This document shows, in pieces, positions 26,567 to 32,000 of a stretch of DNA of 32,000 bases (position 1 is its first letter; the number at the start of each line of letters is the position of its first letter). Under the pieces are notes generated by a model that was given only the letters and a program-made list of their open reading frames with translations, made no database searches and was not told where the DNA came from. Source of the stretch: Candidatus Altimarinota bacterium (GTDB taxonomy: Bacteria; Patescibacteriota; Gracilibacteria; UBA1369). The position numbers were made by a program, and so were the translations under genes. Where the stretch lies: positions 30,001 through 62,000 of the forward strand of contig JBAZYK010000002.1 in assembly GCA_041659405.1 (NCBI GenBank), given 5' to 3'.

Positions 26567-28038
26567 AAACGTATTGGAATATTAAGGAATTTAAGATATT
26601 TTTTAGCTTCTATTATTGAAGTTTCTTTATAATGAAAAAGGCTTGCTGCAAGAACAGCATCAGCTTTACCAATATTGAAAGCATCAGCCATGTCCTGCAA
26701 AGATCCGGCTCCACCTGAAGCTATAACTGGAATGCGAACCGACTCTGAAATTTTTTTTAATATTTCAAGATCAAAACCCGATTTGGTGCCATCGCGATCC
26801 ATAGATGTGAGTAAAATCTCACCTGCCCCCAACTTTTCAACCTGTTGAGCCCAATTAAGTGCATCTAAATCCGTTTCTTCGCTTCCTCCTCTAATGAAAA
26901 CTTTATATTTTTCGTTCACTTTTTTCACATCAATTGCCACAACAATACATTGATTACCAAAAATGCCACTCGCCTCTTGAATAAACCCAGGATTTAAAAC
27001 ACCAGCCGTATTAATCGATACTTTATCCGCACCAGCTAAAAGAAGAGCACGCACATCAGATGGGGTAGTCACTCCACCTCCAACCGTAAAAGGAATAAAG
27101 ACCTCTTCGGCAACTTTACGTACTATTTCTAACATGTTTTTTCGATTCTCTTTCGAAGCGGCAATATCCAACAAAACCAATTCATCAGCCCCTGCCTGTG
27201 AATAATATTTTGCCAACTCCACCGGATCTCCGGCATCCCGTAAATCCTCGAAATTAATCCCTTTGACTACCCGTCCATTTTTTACATCCAAACAAGGAAT
27301 TATTCGTTTTGTAAGATTAGAGCCGGTTTCAACAGTTTTTATAGCCGTTTTTAGATCAATAGAACCTTCGTAAAGGGCCTTACCTAAAATTGCCCCCTTA
27401 ATATTCATATTACGAAGTTTTTGCAAACTTTCGGTACTTGAAATACCACCTGCAGCTACAACATTAAAGCCAAAACCATTTACCAACTCGATAGTTTCAA
27501 AATTTGGAGTTGTAAGTGTTCCATCTTTTAAAATATCTGTAACAATAATTTCTCGCACACCTCTAAACTTAAGCTCTTCCAAAAACTCAGTAAGATTTTG
27601 TTCCGACGTTTCTAACCAGCCATCCGTTGCCAATGCTCCATTTCGAACATCAATCGATACTACTAATCGATCAGCTCCATAGCGTCGAAAAAGGTCAGAA
27701 AAATATTCCGGATTCTTTAAGGCAATAGTACTAATAATAATACGATCTATTCCCGCTTGAAGATAATATCGAATAGTATCTAAATTACGAATTCCACCGC
27801 CAACTTGCACAGGAAGGTTCGTCGCTTTCTTTATCTTTACTATCAGCTCTTTATTGACCGGCAAACCTGTTTTAGCACCATCAAGATCAACAATATGAAG
27901 CATATTCGCTCCTTGCGCCTTAAAGCCCATTGCTACTTCAATAGGATCCTCACTGTAGATCTTTTTTGAAGCAAAATCTCCACGTGTAAGCCTTACACAT
28001 TTACCATCAATAATATCAATTGCGGGAATAATTAACAT
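26563..28038 (-). CDS. hisA-hisF: Fused HisA-HisF: ProFAR isomerase plus imidazole glycerol phosphate synthase cyclase subunit
   Basis: HisA domain (about 28038-27331): [56 protein letters not shown]. HisF domain (about 27318-26563): [70 protein letters not shown]. Junction bases 27301-27360 were read by eye and are in frame with no stop. Confidence 0.96.
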   Translation of the reverse strand: MLIIPAIDIIDGKCVRLTRGDFASKKIYSEDPIEVAMGFKAQGANMLHIVDLDGAKTGLPVNKELIVKIKKATNLPVQVGGGIRNLDTIRYYLQAGIDRIIISTIALKNPEYFSDLFRRYGADRLVVSIDVRNGALATDGWLETSEQNLTEFLEELKFRGVREIIVTDILKDGTLTTPNFETIELVNGFGFNVVAAGGISSTESLQKLRNMNIKGAILGKALYEGSIDLKTAIKTVETGSNLTKRIIPCLDVKNGRVVKGINFEDLRDAGDPVELAKYYSQAGADELVLLDIAASKENRKNMLEIVRKVAEEVFIPFTVGGGVTTPSDVRALLLAGADKVSINTAGVLNPGFIQEASGIFGNQCIVVAIDVKKVNEKYKVFIRGGSEETDLDALNWAQQVEKLGAGEILLTSMDRDGTKSGFDLEILKKISESVRIPVIASGGAGSLQDMADAFNIGKADAVLAASLFHYKETSIIEAKKYLKFLNIPIRL

Positions 28039-28619
28039 TTTTTACAAAAGTTACGAAGTAATTGAAATCCTGCCTCCCCTGATTTTTCAGGATGAAATTG
28101 AACACCATAAAAATTTTCTTTTTGGACAATCGACGGAAAATCTATTTCATACAAAGTCTGTCCAAAAATATTTTCTTGAGGAGCATCAAAATAATAGGAA
28201 TGAACAAAGTAAAAATAAGAGTTGTTATTCAAACCTTCTACTAAAGGTGATCTTTGATTGATAGCTACTTTATTCCAACCGACATGAGGCACTTTAAGGC
28301 TTATCTTCATCTTTTTAACTCGTCCTGGGATTATTCCAAGACATTGAGTATTATCTTCTTCAGAAAAGTTTGCCAAAAGCTGCATCCCCAAACAAATTCC
28401 AAGAAATGGCATGGTTAATTTTGGAATTGCTTCAATAAAGCCGCTTTCGAGCAAAACCTGCATAGCACTGCCAGCGGCACCTTGCCCGGGAAAGATCACT
28501 TTTTGAGCTTTAGATAGTTCCGCTGGTTTTCTAACGACTTCAAATGGTTCTCCTAATTTTTTAAGTGCATTCGCTACACTTTGTAAGTTACCTGCACCGT
28601 AATCGATAATAGCAATCAT
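28032..28619 (-). CDS. hisH: Imidazole glycerol phosphate synthase glutaminase subunit
   Basis: [29 protein letters not shown] catalytic Cys, [18 protein letters not shown]. Confidence 0.95.
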   Translation of the reverse strand: MIAIIDYGAGNLQSVANALKKLGEPFEVVRKPAELSKAQKVIFPGQGAAGSAMQVLLESGFIEAIPKLTMPFLGICLGMQLLANFSEEDNTQCLGIIPGRVKKMKISLKVPHVGWNKVAINQRSPLVEGLNNNSYFYFVHSYYFDAPQENIFGQTLYEIDFPSIVQKENFYGVQFHPEKSGEAGFQLLRNFCKKC

Positions 28620-29656
28620 AAAATTCCTTTAGTAGATGGTAAATTATTTCCAAGTCTTGGATCGTAATCACAAGCCATACGCATGGCTTTGGCAAAAGCT
28701 TTAAACATACCTTCAATTTTGTGATGTTCATTGCGACTATAGCGAACCCGAATATGGATATTGGCTTTTAGCGTATCTGACAATGACCTGAAAAAATGTT
28801 CGACCATTTCTGTCGGCAAATCACCGACCTTTTCACGCTTAAAGTCTCCATTAAAGACAAAATAAGGCCTTCCTCCCAGATCCAAAGCAACTTCAACCAG
28901 GGTATCGTCCATTGGTAATAAAAAGCCATAACGACGAATTCCTTTGCGCTCACCTAAAGCTTTTGATAAAGCGGTTCCAAGAGTCAAAGCCGTATCTTCA
29001 ACTGTATGATGTTCATCAATTTTCAAATCACCTTTTACTTTTAAAATCACATCTATCAGCGAGTGCTTTGAAAACTGTTCTAAAACGTGATTGAGAAAAT
29101 TAAGACCGGTATCAATTTGAAATTTGCCACTTCCATCAAGGTTTATAGCGGTGAACACATCGGTCTCATTAGTAACGCGCTCCATTATTCCAATACGAGG
29201 AAAAGCTGAATTGGTTTCCATTTTAAAGCCGGATATTCCCATATTCTGAGCACATTCCATATCCGTAAGCCTATCTCCAATAAAAAATGATTTTTCACTG
29301 TCAATTGAATTATTTTTCAAGAAATCATCAACCATACCGGTTTTGGGTTTACGGCAAGCGCAATTATCTGATTGCAGGTGCGGACAAATAAATACCTTCA
29401 AGAACTCAATACCTTCATCTTTCAAAATTGATAAAAACTTTTCCTGAGGAATCTTGAAATTTTCCAAAGGGAACTGCGGCGTTCCAATTCCATTTTGATT
29501 TGAAACCAGTACAAGTTCATAACCATCCTGTTTTAGCTTTTTAAGGCCATCAATAACACCAGGCAAAATCCGCAGACGATCAAGTGAGTCGACCTGTTTT
29601 GTGTCCGGTGGTTCATAAATAAGCGTCCCGTCGCGATCAAGAAAAGCAATTTTCAT
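28616..29656 (-). CDS. hisB: Bifunctional histidinol-phosphatase / imidazoleglycerol-phosphate dehydratase (HisNB)
   Basis: HAD part: IAFLDRDGTLIYEP, CPHLQSDNCACRKP. IGPD part: NFLNHVLEQFSKHSLIDV, GDLKIDEHHTVEDTALTLG, VEHFFRSLSDTLKANIHI, NEHHKIEGMFKAFAKAM. Confidence 0.95.
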   Translation of the reverse strand: MKIAFLDRDGTLIYEPPDTKQVDSLDRLRILPGVIDGLKKLKQDGYELVLVSNQNGIGTPQFPLENFKIPQEKFLSILKDEGIEFLKVFICPHLQSDNCACRKPKTGMVDDFLKNNSIDSEKSFFIGDRLTDMECAQNMGISGFKMETNSAFPRIGIMERVTNETDVFTAINLDGSGKFQIDTGLNFLNHVLEQFSKHSLIDVILKVKGDLKIDEHHTVEDTALTLGTALSKALGERKGIRRYGFLLPMDDTLVEVALDLGGRPYFVFNGDFKREKVGDLPTEMVEHFFRSLSDTLKANIHIRVRYSRNEHHKIEGMFKAFAKAMRMACDYDPRLGNNLPSTKGIL

Positions 29657-30705
29657 AAAAGTTTAGTAAGTGATTGGATAAAAATATTATTTTCTTTTCT
29701 TGTTCCAACTGTTACGCGAAAAGAATCAGAAAGCAGCGGTTTTGAAGAGAAGTCACGAACAATAACGCCAAATTTCTCGGCCAAAGTCTTAACAATTTCG
29801 GAAGCATTTGGAACTTTTACCAGTAAAAAATTGGCTTCACTTGGTAAGACTTTCAAACCAAGTTTTTCCAAATTTTGCTGCAAGAAATCACGTTCCTTTA
29901 CAATTCTATTCCGCATCCTCCAGAGCTTTTTCTCTTGTTTTAGAGCTTTAGTGGCCATCAAAGCTGAAATCCGGTTTAAATTATATGGAGGCTTCACCTT
30001 GTTCAGGTAATCTATAATTTCTTCATTCGCCACCGCATAACCGACCCTCAATCCTGCAAGTCCCCAAGCTTTAGAAAAAGTTCTTGTCACAACCAGGTTA
30101 GGAAACTGTTTTATTTTTTCAACGATTGATTCGGAACTTGAAAATTCAATATAAGCTTCATCTACCACAACAATTCCTCTAAAAATAAGACAAAGATCTT
30201 CAATATCCTCAAGACTTAAAAGATTGCCCGTGGGACTATTTGGAGAACAACAAAAGACCATTTTCGTACGCGCGGTCGCGGTTATATAAAAAGCTTCAAG
30301 GTCGAGCTCGAAATCTTCAGTCAAAAAACATGTTTTTGCAAAAATTCCGTTAATTTCTGCAGCAACTCTATACATACCATAGGTTGGCTCAAAAATAATG
30401 ATTTCTTCATCCTGATCAACAAAAATTCGCATTAATAGATCAATCACTTCATCAGAGCCAACTCCTACAAAAATATTTTTTGCAGTAAGCTTCAAAAACT
30501 TGGCAAGAGCCCGTTTAAGAACTTTAGAATATGGGTCGGGATAACGATTTAAGTTATTATCTTCCGGTAAAGTAACCACACTACCAAAAGGATTTTCGTT
30601 CGCATCAAGTAAAACACCTTTTTGATACAGATCGCGGGCACAAGTATATGGCTTAAGCGCACGTATATTTGGCCGGACGAGATCTGAAATTGCTAATTTA
30701 TTCAT
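29653..30705 (-). CDS. hisC: Histidinol-phosphate aminotransferase
   Basis: MNKLAISDLVRPNIRALKPY, LLDANENPFGS, RYPDPYSKVLKRAL, TRTFSKAWGLAGLRVGYAV. Start trimmed from 30762 to 30705, which avoids overlap with the hisD stop. Confidence 0.94.
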   Translation of the reverse strand: MNKLAISDLVRPNIRALKPYTCARDLYQKGVLLDANENPFGSVVTLPEDNNLNRYPDPYSKVLKRALAKFLKLTAKNIFVGVGSDEVIDLLMRIFVDQDEEIIIFEPTYGMYRVAAEINGIFAKTCFLTEDFELDLEAFYITATARTKMVFCCSPNSPTGNLLSLEDIEDLCLIFRGIVVVDEAYIEFSSSESIVEKIKQFPNLVVTRTFSKAWGLAGLRVGYAVANEEIIDYLNKVKPPYNLNRISALMATKALKQEKKLWRMRNRIVKERDFLQQNLEKLGLKVLPSEANFLLVKVPNASEIVKTLAEKFGVIVRDFSSKPLLSDSFRVTVGTRKENNIFIQSLTKLL

Positions 30706-30721
30706 AATATTTTTCATATAA

Positions 30722-32000
30722 TTAAGTTTTAAAACGGATTGAAACCGCATTTTTGTGTGCATCCAAACCTTCGCATTCAGCCAACGTTTCCACAGTTTCT
30801 TTTAAATTTCTGATTCCCTGCCTTGAAACTTTTTGAAACTGCAACATTTTGCCAAAAGATTCAGTCGAAAGAGGTGAAAACATTTTTGCAAAGGAGGAGG
30901 TTGGAAGCGTGTGATTAGCCCCTGTGGCATAATCTCCAAGTGGTTCCGACGCATATTTACCCAAAAATACAGATCCAGCATTGTTAATTTTTTCCGCTAA
31001 TTGATTCTCGAATTTACAGTCAATTTCCAAATGTTCAGGGGCATATTCATTCGTTAGTTCGATTGCTTCATCAGGATCTTTCACAACAATCACAAAACTT
31101 TTGGCAAAAGACTCATCAATAATCGCCTTACGACTCAGTGAAAGCACTTGAACTTTCATTGCCTCTACGATATTTGCGGCAGTGTTTTCGTCAAATGTCA
31201 CAAGTATGCTTTGCGAATCTGTTCCATGCTCAAGTTGTGAAAGCAAATCAGCGGCAACCCAGGCTGGGTTTGCTTTGTTATCAGCAATAACTTCAACTTC
31301 CGACGGTCCCGCCGGCATATCAATATCAACTTCGCCATATACTAACATTTTTGCAGTGGTCACATATTGGTTCCCAGGACCAAAAATTTTATAAACTTTC
31401 GGTATAGATTCTGTTCCATAAGCCATAGCACCAATAGCCTGGGCCCCACCCACTTTGAAAATTTCAGTAATACCGCACAAATCAGCTGCCACTAAAATTG
31501 CCGGGTTTAATTGCCCATTTTTGGATGCCGGAGCACACATCACGATTTCCTTACATCCAGCCACTTGAGCCGGCACACCAAGCATTAAAACTGTTGAAGG
31601 ATAGGCCGCTTTACCTCCAGGCACATATAAACCGACTTTCTCGATTGGCCTAAATTCGCGCCACACTTTAACCCCTTTTTCAGTTTCAATAATTGGCGAC
31701 CGTTTTTGAAGAGTACTCTTGTGAAATTTCTCAATATTACTCTTGGCTCTTTTAAGAGCTCGCAAGACTTCAAGATCAATCATCTTATAGGCTCTTTTTA
31801 TTTCTTCATTTGTCACTTTAAAATCTTCCAAATCAAATCCATCAAACTTTTTATTAAAGGCACGTAAAGCGCTATCCCCACTTATTTTAATTTCATTCAA
31901 AATCCCAAGCACAACGGCTTTTACATCTTCAGCCTTACTGCGCCCTTTACGAATTTGCTGTAAAATATCCCTCATTGATGATGTGCGAGTATTAAGTATT
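30722..32000 (-). CDS. hisD: Histidinol dehydrogenase, 5' end probably beyond the right window edge
   Basis: VGLYVPGGKAAYPSTVLMLGVPAQVAG, GGAQAIGAMAYGT, KIFGPGNQYVTTAKMLVYGEVDIDMPAGPSEV, TGANHTLPTS. No stop lies in frame from 31975 up to base 32000 (reads ...ILNTRTSS-MRDILQQ), so the true start is likely further upstream. Confidence 0.94.
   Translation of the reverse strand, partial: ILNTRTSSMRDILQQIRKGRSKAEDVKAVVLGILNEIKISGDSALRAFNKKFDGFDLEDFKVTNEEIKRAYKMIDLEVLRALKRAKSNIEKFHKSTLQKRSPIIETEKGVKVWREFRPIEKVGLYVPGGKAAYPSTVLMLGVPAQVAGCKEIVMCAPASKNGQLNPAILVAADLCGITEIFKVGGAQAIGAMAYGTESIPKVYKIFGPGNQYVTTAKMLVYGEVDIDMPAGPSEVEVIADNKANPAWVAADLLSQLEHGTDSQSILVTFDENTAANIVEAMKVQVLSLSRKAIIDESFAKSFVIVVKDPDEAIELTNEYAPEHLEIDCKFENQLAEKINNAGSVFLGKYASEPLGDYATGANHTLPTSSFAKMFSPLSTESFGKMLQFQKVSRQGIRNLKETVETLAECEGLDAHKNAVSIRFKT

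Overview
This window looks like a compact, AT-rich, mostly housekeeping segment from a Candidate Phyla Radiation/Patescibacteria-like bacterium. That placement is an inference from gene content. I do not see a defence island, CRISPR array, tRNA, rRNA, integrase or transposase. From left to right it encodes:
- two membrane proteins (one truncated by the window edge)
- a DHH/NrnA-like phosphoesterase and fmt
- an O-antigen-ligase-like protein, a family-1 solute-binding lipoprotein and a GT2 glycosyltransferase
- ssb, ribE, ribH, pgk and a RidA-family gene
- a 916-aa membrane-anchored VirB4/TraD-like ATPase
- ruvX, rplI, a family-5 solute-binding protein, secG and a family-4 holin-like protein
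- a eukaryotic-like (type 2) ileS
- a reverse-strand anabolic block: ilvC, ilvE, dcd, purB, purE, purC, hisIE, a fused hisA-hisF, hisH, bifunctional hisB, hisC and hisD (5' end probably outside the window)
The most notable observation is an uninterrupted in-frame HisA-HisF fusion of two homologous half-barrel-duplicated TIM barrels, inside a his operon that also carries the HisNB and HisIE fusions. Second is a near-identical AT-rich 12-20 nt element (AATTATTAATTACTAATTA) directly upstream of the start codons of purC, purE and purB, together with a perfect 10-bp inverted repeat in the his/pur intergenic region. Several enzymes are of unusual phylogenetic type: PurE class II, KARI of Bacteroidetes/fungal type, dUMP-forming dCTP deaminase and type 2 IleRS.
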